Both the position numbers and the translations under genes were made by a program. Below the pieces are notes generated by a model that did no database searches, was not told the DNA's origin, and saw only the letters and a program-made list of their open reading frames with translations. Shown one piece after another: positions 1 through 10,500 of a stretch of DNA of 64,000 nucleotides. How positions within the stretch are numbered: position 1 is the first letter of the stretch; every line of letters starts with the position of its first letter. The stretch is from Octopus vulgaris (Eukaryota). The stretch covers positions 38,998,001-39,062,000 of the forward strand of contig OX597828.1 of assembly GCA_951406725.2 (NCBI GenBank), in the 5' to 3' direction.

Positions 1-364
1 CGGGATAAGAGAAATAGATACAAGTAGTGTTGAAAGGGTGTTAGTGACATACCCTGAATACATTACTTTGAAACCATGTATTTATCAGTATTAGAAATCA
101 AAGGAAGAGGAAAAGAAAAAAAAATGCTTCAAAAGATAATCATTACATTTTCAACTAGAAAATTCTGTTTTGTTGAACTAAATTGACTTCAGTATTAACT
201 AGTAAGGCAGATAAAATATAATCAGATCCAGAGGTCAATTACAAAACACAAAAGACGTTTATTGATAGCCACTGCAATTGTGGCTGTCAATAAAGGTCTT
301 TTTTAGTTCATCTAGCCACTCCTAAGACAAATTAATCAGGGAAGATTATACACACACACACAAC

Positions 365-1145
365 TTTCTATTTGTTTCAATCATTTGACTATGGCCATGC
401 TAGAGCATTTCCTTTAAAGGCTTTCAGTTGAACAAATCAATTTAGTACTTAGTTTTTCTACTATTTAAAAAAAAATCTGGCACTTACTCTATCAGTCTCT
501 TTTGCTGAACCACTAAGTTATGGGGGACATAAACAACCCAATACCAGCTGTTAAGCCAGGTAAACACATACATATATATGACAGGGGCACACATACACAC
601 AGAGTTCCCGTTTACCAAACTCACTCATAAGGTATTGGTTGGCCCAGCGCTATAACTGATGATGCTTGCCCAAAGTGTTGCACAGTGGGACTGAACCTAG
701 AACCATGTGATTGCAAAACAAGCTCCTTAACCACACAGCCTGTTTGCAGCATATATTTGTTTCAGTAATTTTACTGCAGCCATGCTGGAGCACCGCCTTG
801 AAGGGTTTTAGTGAAACAAAATCACATCCAGGACTTAATTTTTTAAAGCCTAGTACTTATTCTATTGGGTCTCTTCTGTTGAACCACTAAGTTACGGAGA
901 TGTAAATGCACCAACACCAGTTGTCAAGTGGTGATAGGTGGGGGACAAATATAGACACAAAAATACACACATGTAGAGATATATATATGACAGGCTTCTT
1001 TCAGTTTCGGTCCACGATATTCATTCACAAGACTTTGGTCGGCCTGAAGCTATAGAAGATACTTAAGCAAGGTCTCACACAGTGGGACTGAGCCCAGAAC
1101 CATGTGGATGGGAAGCAAACTTCTTACCACATAGCCATGCCAGGT
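365..1145 (-). mobile_element. Two tandem diverged copies of the tRNA/CORE-type SINE (same family as 56093-56471)
   Basis: Shared blocks 'cagtgggactgaacc', 'ggccatgctggagcaccgcc' and 'gtacttattctat'. Confidence 0.8.
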
Positions 1146-1154
1146 CCCATACAA

Positions 1155-1389
1155 TATATATATATATATATACACACACACATATATATATATACATACA
1201 TATATACACACACACACACATATATATATACATACATATATACACACACACACACATATATATATATACATACATATACACACACACACACATATATATA
1301 CATACATATACACACACACACATATATATACATACATATACACACACACACATATATATACATACATATACACACACACATATATATAT

Positions 1390-1444
<55 letters not shown>
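1155..1444. repeat. Compound (TA)/(CA) microsatellite with ~30-34 bp higher-order period, followed by (TA)n
   Basis: Seen directly; source of the YIYI/CVCV ORFs. Confidence 0.95.
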
Positions 1445-1448
<4 letters not shown>

Positions 1449-2310
1449 GTCATCCTATAAAGACATTTTTTTAATATTTCTTTTACTCTTCAAAATTAAG
1501 ATAAACAAAGTTCTTTTTTAATCTAAAATATACTCTCCTTCATTTTTTACAATGCTCTTCCATCTATCTGGTAGACTTGCAAGGCCCCTTTTCCAAAATT
1601 CACTTGTCTGTAACAAAAAATACTCCCCCAGTACTGTTCTGACTTCGTCTACAGAATTCATATCTTTTCTGTCCAAATGGTTTTGAAGACTGTGAAATAA
1701 ATGATAATCAGATGGGCAATGTCCGGTGAATATGGTAGGTGGGGTATCGTTTCCTATTCAAACTGCTCCAGCCTTCGGAATGTCATCCTCGCTGTATGTG
1801 GCTAAGCATTATCCTGATGGAAGAACACCTTTCGTCTTGAAAGCAAAAATGGTCGTTTTTCTTCTAGCACTGACTTAAGCTACTCAAGCTGCTTGCAGTA
1901 GATCTCCTTTGTTATCATTTGGTTTGAGTTTAAAAGTTCAAAGTGGGCTAAACCTTTCATATCCCACCAAACAGGTAACAACACATTACGTGGGTGAAGA
2001 CCTTTAGCCTGGGGTGCCAGTGTTTCTCCTTTCCCTACCCACTGTCTTCGGCGCTTGACATTTTTATAGAGAACCCACTTCTCATCACCAGTCACTATTT
2101 GGTTGAACAAAGATTCATTTGTGAGATGTGACAGGAAAGAAGAGCACACATTCACTTTCAGTCTGCAATTAGACTCAGAAAGTTTGTGAGGAACACATTG
2201 ACCTAATTTGCTAACTTCTCCAATGACGCACAGGTGTCAATGAATGGTTGAATGACCAAATGCAAGCTTCTCTGCTAGTTCCTCAACAGTTACAATGGGA
2301 TTTTGTCCCA
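1445..2310 (-). mobile_element. Decayed mariner (DD34D) transposon
   Basis: Minus-strand motifs IVTGDEKWV, HPRNVLLPVWWD, FFHQDNA*PH and PHLPYSPDIAP(S)DYHLF, with stops and frameshifts. Terminus lies next to a (TA)n tract. Confidence 0.9.
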
Positions 2311-3021
2311 GCTCAGAACAACTTAAGAATTTCACAGGAACTTATTTTATTGGCTTTCCAGATTACTGGTTCTAGAGTTTACATTCCACGAAATAAGTTC
2401 TGTAAATGTTGATATAAGATTCTCAAAAAATATTTTATTTGATCATTTATATTATGGCTGCTTTTGCAGCTAGATTTGTTTTACAGTTGAATGCCCTTCC
2501 TGTAGCTAATTAAACCTTTCTGTCTTTTCAGGCAAGGAATGTTTTTTTATTCCACTTATACCTCAACAGTCTTTCATGGGTGCAGAATGTAAACATCCAC
2601 ACTGACACACATACAGATAGATAGATTGATGGATGGATAAAAATAACACAAGATGAGTAAGATTATGGAGTACAGAAGAGACAACCAGACTAATAATAGA
2701 GTCAGACAAGTAAAAGTGCATGACTGAAAATGCATAAAAATATAAGGTAAAAAAACAACAATCAAAGAAGTGTACAAAGAAGATAAATACTCCAAAGAAA
2801 GAAACAGAAAAGAATTCAGTGCTTTGGGAAATAATCTTTATCAAAGACAAAAATGAGAATTAAAAGTGCAAGAGAAAGAGAGAAAATAATGTATGCTATC
2901 CGACCGAAGAAGTCTGTTTATATGGCAGATCTGAAATAGAATAAAAGTTAGAAAGTGGAATAGAATGACCAAAAATGGAGGCACAAATAGGGTCACAGTG
3001 AGATTAAGTGAAATAAAAGGA

Positions 3022-3407
3022 TGGATGGAAGCACTCCATCGGTTACGACGACGAGGGTTCCGGTTGATCCGATCAACGGAACAGCCTGCTCATGAAATTA
3101 ACGTGTAAGTGGCTGAGCATTCCACAGACATGTGTACCCTTAACGTAGTTCTCGGGGATATTCAGCGTGACACAGAGAGTGACAAGGCCGGCCCTTTGAA
3201 ATACAGGTACAACAGAAATAGGAAGTAAGAGTGAGAGAAAGTTGTGGTGAAAGAGTACAGCAGGGATCACCACCATCCCTGCCGGAGCCTCATGGAGCTT
3301 TAGGTGTTTTCGTTCAATAAACACTCACAACGCCCGGTCTGGGAATCGAAACCGCGATCCTACGACCGCGAGTCCGCTGCCCTAACCACTGGGCCATTGC
3401 GCCTCCA
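3022..3407 (-). mobile_element. Young full-length tRNA-derived SINE
   Basis: Minus head GGAGGCGCAATGGCCCAGTGGTTAGGG..GGTTTCGATTCC (Pol III A and B boxes). CpGs retained. 12-bp TSD gaaataaaagga at 3010-3021 and 3409-3420. Older copy near 19010-19610. Confidence 0.9.
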
Positions 3408-4067
3408 AGAAATAAAAGGAATGGAGTGGGAGAAAGAATAAATAAGAAGAATGAGGGGAAGAAGCAGAGTAGAATAAATGAACTTTGTACTGTTTTAATC
3501 AACCAAATCCACTCACAAGGTAATGGTCAGCTAGAGGCTACAGTGGAATTACTTGCTTAAGGTTCTGTGTAGTAAGACTGAACCTAAATTAACACAACCA
3601 TGTCTGCACTTATTTGTGATGTAAGCAAGAAAACTCTTGATGTATCTGTCAAATCTTAAATAATAAATATGTCAAGCATAGGCAGAATATAAATCCTTGG
3701 AGGAAGGTATATCCAATTATATTAACCCCCAGAAGAATGGGGAGTTGACTTCAATGCTCTACCAATTGGTGACATTCACTGCAATTATTCTATAATAATA
3801 ATAATAATAATTTATTGAATTAACATTAGTCATTGAAGGAGAGGGGATATAGTAGACTGGATCAATCCAAGTATGTGACCAGTGCTTATTTAGCCAATTA
3901 AGGGCCCACTAAATAGTAGCTCATCCTGTCAGAAATAACAGCCAAATCTTATTCAAATTATACACCAATATCTTAAAAAGAAACAGTACCCGAGAAAAAA
4001 GATGAAAGCACTAACTGTAAAAGTAATGGATCAAATCTGACCTGAGAGTAACCAACAACAAGCAGTA

Positions 4068-4480
4068 ATACAATTCTATTTTTCTGAGACAAGGAATTTT
4101 ATTATGTTACATTAGTTGGAGTGTTGTCCTCATCTTGATTGTGGCTTTTACTACAACGAATGTAACAAAATAAAATTCCCTCACCTCAGAAATATAGAAC
4201 TGTATTAGCCATTGGATACAGAGCTGACATAAGACATCAATGGAAGTTTATAAGCCTCAAAAATTCACTCGGTCACTGCCCACAGGTGTAATATAATGGA
4301 TAAAGACATTGGTAATGCAATGCAGTCATTTAGAGGTTCTGAGTTCAATCCTGGGCAAGACAATAAGGTGTATTACAAGACACTTGAAGAAGGCTGGAGT
4401 GTACATAATCAAAACATAGAGAAAGCAATAATCAAAATGAACACACCATTCTGACTACTGTAACATAACCTGTAACTATC
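4068..4480. mobile_element. Decayed pieces related to the hammerhead-SINE family, including an inverted repeat at 4068-4205
   Basis: 'gagttcaatcctggg' B box; 'caagacacttgaagaaggctggagtgtac..aaaac' resembles the 24.9 kb hammerhead region; 'tgtcctcatctt' block shared. Confidence 0.6.
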
Positions 4481-6783
4481 ATATTTTACCAAATCCAAAA
4501 GGACAAAAAGCAAAGGCAGGTTCAATCCCAGCACGTCTTCATCATCGCCTGGAGAAATGAATGGTAAAGTTGAAACCTATACAATTTGAACTCAGAATGC
4601 AGGTCAAGATGAAATACTATAAGACAGTTATAAATTAGTGGCCAAGAAACCAGGTGAAGGTATGCATTGATAAAAATTATACTGTGAAGGGAGAGGAGGA
4701 ATTTGTCATTTCAGAGTTAACTAATTATTTGGGAGAGAGAGAAAGAGAGAGAGAGAGAGAGCAAGAGAAAGATAGAGAGACAGACAGACAGAAAGAACTG
4801 ACAAATTTCTCTTTTCCTTAGAATAAACAGTCCCAAAGCATTAGATTCCTCTGCTATTCACAACATAGAAATTCATCCAAACACATGAACTTCACTGAAA
4901 AACAGCTGAACACCACTGATTCTTCTACAACAAAGGCCTCTACTGATCAGGCTTGCCATGTATTTGCATCCATTTACACAGGCTTGGGTAAAGGATTTTT
5001 GTAAAAACTAACAGTTGACTGCGAAAGCAACTTTCCCCTTCACACATCACTGATGCTGTTGCTCCAAAGGCTGATACAGCTGGGCATCAGTGTTGTCATG
5101 GAAACTGCTGATAGAATCCAAAGATCCAGAACATATATCACAAGGCTTTAACTGTTCCGTCAGTCCACTGTGCTGAATTGAGATCATTTCCTTTTTTCTT
5201 TTATCAACCTCCAAAATGATGTAAAACAAAGTTGACCTCAATGAGATTTGAACTCAGAATGCTGAGAAGTACTCTGTAAAGCATTCTATCCAATGCTCTA
5301 ACAATTCTAAAATAACAATATTGATGATTTCTTTTCATGAGGCAAAGCAGTTATTTTAGATGAAGATGAGGAGGGAGGGAGAGGATAGGAGGAGGTAATA
5401 AAGTACAATGAAAAAATGAGAGATAGGTTTGACTTCCTGTGGTGCAGTATAGAATGGCTTGAAGTATATAAATCAAGTAGAGAGAAGGGAAAGAAATATG
5501 CGTTACAGACCATCTTTATAGCTGAATAAATTTGTAGGGGGAAGGGCATTGTTCTCATTTCAGCAGAAGCACACATTTATCATATCTATTCTGTCCAGTG
5601 GCAAACACACAGAAATAGCATCAAATCAATGCTGTTAGCTCAAACAGCGCAGTGTGTGCACGCTTGTGTTTATCAGTATTCATATCATTAAACCATAACG
5701 ATCAAGTTTAAAGGAAGGAAGGAAGGAAGAAAAACTCACATGCTGATCCACAGCATCAAATTCCAGAATATACAAGAGATGTATGTATTTAACCTTACCT
5801 AACCATTAACTGAAAAATCGTAATCGTTTCATACATGGTCACAAAGCTATAAATATTGAGAGGGGTGAATTGGGGTAGTCAATTAAATCGACCCTTGTAC
5901 TTCACAGGTACTTGGTTTATTAATCCTAGTGCCAAGTGAAACTCCAGAGAGAAACTTGAATTGGGGGAAATAACAGCCAAATCTTATCCAAATCCCTGCT
6001 ATCTTTAAAAAAAAAAAGAGGAAGAATACACTGAATAATGTAGTCCTAGAAACAGCTGGACTACATCTTATTTTCAGGCATTTCTATGTCTGAAAATACG
6101 ATGGGAGGGGCATGGCTGAAACACCTTTAACCAAAGGTCCGCTAGATCGTAGCTGAGCTGGGTCTAAAACAACAATCCTGGATAGATATAAGGCAACATC
6201 ACGGTGTTAGTGTCATTTGACCGAATAAAGAACATTTTATATTTTATCATTTCATCACTATACATACGCACAACTGTAATTTCGATTAACTGATCTTTAA
6301 GCAACATCTTTGCTGTTTGCGTAGCTAAAATTACAAGTTTATTGGGTCAAGTTAGATTTATTGATTCTCTGAATAACTTAACCTATTGATTTTTTTTTTT
6401 TAATGTAAAAGTATATATGTAATATGCAGAATGCTCCGAAAGTCACCGTGCAATTGTATGTATATGTAGCATTTATATATAATAACAAAGGGTAAAATTA
6501 ATTAATTAAGAAGTAATCAATAATTTCACCAAGTAGAATTCGGTATGAAAAAAGGACCGTTTCACGGTAAACTTAAGTAATACTAATTGGGTAAACTGGC
6601 AAAATGACCATTCCTAAATACAACAATATATATATGTATGTATGCATGTATGTATGTATGTATATATATAATATATACACACACACACACACACGGTTTC
6701 TGTGCTTACAGTAGGTAAGCGCGAAGTAAACATTGTGGAGATAACATGTAGATGACAGGCAGAAACGAAAGTGGAAAAAAGAG

Positions 6784-7380
6784 GAATTGTTTTGGTGAAA
6801 AACGAAACTGTTACATGTGGTACGAAATTGAGAAAGCGTTCGTAGGCCTACCACACCGTCTGGTTAAAAACTTTCACTATTTGTGCCTTGGGTACCTTTC
6901 GCAGGATTTACTATTTTCGCAAGTATTCAAACTAAACGCTTCCTGGTTCCCCTTTCCGCGTTCTTCCTTCAAACATCGACCGGCAGGTATTCGAGCTGGG
7001 CATCGTAACAGTTTTGGTAGGGTTTGATCTTTTCTTCATGTGACTAACTTATTAAAATTTAAAAAAAAAAAAAAATCAATTGCGGTGATAATTGGAATAT
7101 TAGAAATATTTAATCCAGAAGAAAACTTCATAAAGTGATTCTTAAATTACTGACTAATGCTATAAACCAACAAAAGTATTTGAAAAAAAATACTTTCCTA
7201 CCGAAAACAACCGTTAAAAGATTATAATAGTACAAAGAAGTAATATTAATTGTTAAAGAAATGACAGTAAAAGACTGTTTTTGCAAGCGAGGGAAATATT
7301 TTAAAATCATTTATGATCTTAGATACAAGATTTCGTCAAGTATTGTTGATAGAGTAAAATATTGACTTACTTCAATGTGA
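6784..7380. promoter_or_regulatory. Candidate bidirectional promoter between FKBP8 and a divergent TOP-type transcript
   Basis: Locally CpG-rich, repeat-poor segment flanked by oppositely oriented first-exon donors (- strand 6709, + strand 7551). Confidence 0.4.
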
Positions 7381-7550
7381 TTGCGCCGTTGTTGGAGAAG
7401 CTAAATAACCGGTCTCTTGTCAGAAAATGTCCTTGTTGAAATTTTATTCCTGCTGAGTTATAATATTGTAAAATTAACTATATTCTCCTCATAGAAATAT
7501 GAACTTTACCGATCCATTAATCAATTAAGATATTTAACTTTACAAACAAG
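7380..7550 (+). other. FKBP8: Probable non-coding first exon (5' UTR) of FKBP8; start position approximate
   Basis: Perfect donor AAG|gtaagt at 7551 in a CpG-retaining zone. The coding exon at 14547 has an acceptor but no upstream in-frame coding sequence. TSS not determinable from sequence. Confidence 0.5.
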
Positions 7551-10500
7551 GTAAGTGTAATAGAAATCACGAATAATCCTCAAGCATTTCTGAATGATAT
7601 AGATTCATAATCTGAAAGAATATTCCGGAATGTTATTCTTCGAATTGAATGTTACTTACTTTGTAATCAAGACAATCTACTTAATGACGTTGATTAATAG
7701 TATTTCATGGTCCATTTTAATGTCTTTTGAAATTTCTTTTTAAATAAAAACCTAATAAGTAATCTGAAAATCTCGAATTATCTAAAGATTTATTTGGTTA
7801 AGCGAGGGCGACTGTTTTACCCTTTCACCGTTTTGCACTAATGTATATCTTACTTCGATCTCTGCGGCCTGCTAGATATATATTTATATACACACGGTAA
7901 ATTATCACTACTGGAGAGAAGTAAGTAACAAGATATCACTTACATTGCTTAACTTTATTTCTTCTAAAGTAGACATTATCAATCATTTGTTTTTATTGTT
8001 TGATCTGTCCATTTGCAGCTGTAAAATGTTATTACTTCAGTGATTTCATCTTGGTTTTTTTTTCATGTATAAAAAAAAAAAACTGTTTTATTACCAATCA
8101 ATAAATATTTACTTCCTATCCTTTATATCTTTTTGATTGCTTTCTGTTAAAACACATCTTATTATACTACAATTTTTTTAAAGAGATAACTATCTGACTA
8201 TTTCCAGTATATTATAAATTCAACAGATTGCATTAGCTATCATCCGTGTTGTTAGTTTATTCATTGGATGTTTGACCTCGCACCCTAGATATTTTACTTA
8301 ATTTGTCGTTGAATAAAACTGTAATTATGTAGATTTTGTTTATATCTAAAACATAATTATCATACAGTAGATTATGAACATTAGTGAGGTTCATCACTGT
8401 GTTTTTCGTTTGCTTTGTTTTTTATATTTTATCTACAACGGTCACCTTGGTAGAATTCGTCGAGTTGTTCTAGTCCCCATTTGGTAACCTATTTTCATTT
8501 CATTTAATAGTTTCTACATTATTAAAATCCTCTTCATAATTAATCCACTTAGTCTTTCCCTCTTTAGATTTATTTCCTTAAAAAACGTTATTAAATCATG
8601 TCCTATAATATTGTTTAATTCAATGTCTCGTTTAATTCGCAATTTATTTTCTTCCATATCTATTTATTTTCTCTTTCAATTATTTTTCACTATTTAAATA
8701 TAAATTATATTCTGGCTCGCCTATATTCTTTTTTATTATAAGTAGATTTATGTTGATTAACTATCATACTCTGTTACGAAAGGAGTAAGTATTGTGAAGA
8801 TACGATTTTTTTTTTTTTTACTATTAAATGAAAGGCGAAAGAAAACTTTACTCATTCACTAAAGAGAAGGATTTTACATTAGACTCATTATTGATTTATT
8901 CCTGTATAATAAATAGCTATATAATTCAGTTAGTTACATCCAGGAAATAACCGAATCTTCACGCCGGATATGGAAATGCACTTTCACTTTTACCCTTAAC
9001 CATTGATTCCTCTCATATATACCACTGTACCGATAAAATATGATAAAGTTTTTATTTCATGCATACATTTGAAGCAAACGGAGCCAAATATCAAACATTT
9101 ACTAATCCTCTGCAGTGTTTATTAATGGGTTGTTTTCTCTTTAGACGTCAGGGTATTACTTGAGGGTCAACATTTCCTCCAGAAATGACAATGAAAAGAA
9201 GTAGGTGTGACCGGAAATCGAAACAGCTACGCAAAGTCTGTTTGAAAGAAGATTACATTTATTCGAAGACGCTCGCTACTCCATTCTAAACATGTTGTTT
9301 GCGAGCCAACGAATAAACTTCTGCTTTAAATAACTGCTAAATATCACCTAATCACTCCCTCTGTTCTTATAAAAAGGCGAACACGTAGATGATGTAGTCC
9401 TAAATGTACTATATCTGAATTGATGTCTGGATGTCAGGGTTGGAATGTCTTAGATCAAACCCGATCGCACAGATCTACGATGAAATGCGTTCCAGCAGTG
9501 ATCATTGCTTCCTTATATACCTCAGCTATATAGTGCCCAGTATGTTCCTGTTTATTAGAAAATATAGGGTGTTATTTGGGGGAAATTTGGTTGCTATCTT
9601 TACCAGTAATGCGATCAGAAAAAGCTCCCTCGCTAGCTCGATTCTATGTAACATGATACTATTATTCTGTGAAATTTGCTATTAAAAAGGTCATAGTGAC
9701 AAGTATCTTAGCGCTTCATTCGCTGAAACTGTTGATAGCAGGAATAAAGCTTACTTGGTTAACACCATGTCCCTCTTTTTAGTTTCTCTTATCTACGATC
9801 TTATTTATCTGTTTACCTCGGTATTTAATCTGCAGTTGGGAGATTTCCCACTCGTCTTTTCGCTGTGCAAACTTTTTTTATTTCGATTTTCGTCTATTTA
9901 CACCACCAAGTGAATGCAAGAGAGCTTCTACTCCGTCTCTTGATTTTCTAAAAAGATTTATTGTCAAATCTCTCAAAAATCACATCCTTCTGATTTCAAA
10001 TAACAAAAGACATTGGATAACGTTGTCCTGGATATACAAAATCGATGGGATGGTAGTGGTTGGAATGCCTTTTATCATAGACCTTCATAGTCAGGGCTGA
10101 CCAAGCGTTAAATATTAAAAAGAGGGCCATACATACTATATATAACAACCATATCTCACTCAATTTCGTCATACCATTTTTTAAAAAAACGGATTCATTC
10201 AACAGTGTATTAATGTGACAAGATGGTCATCTTTGGAAAACCTTTCATCATAAGCTTCCTCAGAGTTGATCTGGGGCTAAACGACAACTTTGGTTTAGCT
10301 TCAAATTTTGTAAACTTTTTATTTTTTGTTGTTTATGTAGATCATGCTCTCAAGTTGATCGATTAACTCTAAAAGACAACAAACAACTTTAGATATATAA
10401 GTGTTTTAACTTTACCAGCATTAAATGTGTTAGCACTTAACTATTGACGTTTAAAAATTATCTTTTTTTTAAATATTTGAATACTTCTACACTAACAAGA

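Larger units (their letters stand above)
2562..6783 (-). ncRNA. Candidate spliced 5'TOP transcript (non-coding or uORF-rich 5' end) with exons 6783-6710, 5809-5799, 2930-2905, 2601-2562
   Basis: Minus strand begins TTCCTCTTTTTTCC (TCT/TOP-like). Donor CT|gtaagc. 11-nt exon tttttcag|TTAATGGTTAG|gtaagg. Further exons tatttcag|..CG|gtcgga (weak donor) and tgtcag|..GAG|gtataa. Spliced ORF is only MFTSRLPTLMVRSAI*. Confidence 0.35.

Noticed and set aside
181-330. H/ACA snoRNA (hairpin-ACAAAA-hairpin)
   Set aside because: The second hairpin has no pseudouridylation pocket, and the nearest ACA is more than 20 nt from its base.
1050-1474. Five ORFs of 95-130 aa
   Set aside because: Translations of a (TA)/(CA) compound microsatellite.
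4822-4987. Possible + strand exon (55 open codons between ag and gt)
   Set aside because: No recognisable protein similarity and no partner exons.
4820-5190. Telomerase RNA (GCUGUUUUUC resembles the vertebrate pseudoknot)
   Set aside because: No CUAACCCU template and no P3 partner strand found.
5590-5700. U17/snR30-like snoRNA on the + strand (ctgtccagtggc, aaaccat)
   Set aside because: The m1 motif AUAUUCCUA is absent, spacing is wrong and there is no terminal ACA.
4440-6260. C-box motifs on the - strand at ~4540 and ~6255
   Set aside because: No D box (CUGA) at a suitable distance and no terminal stem.
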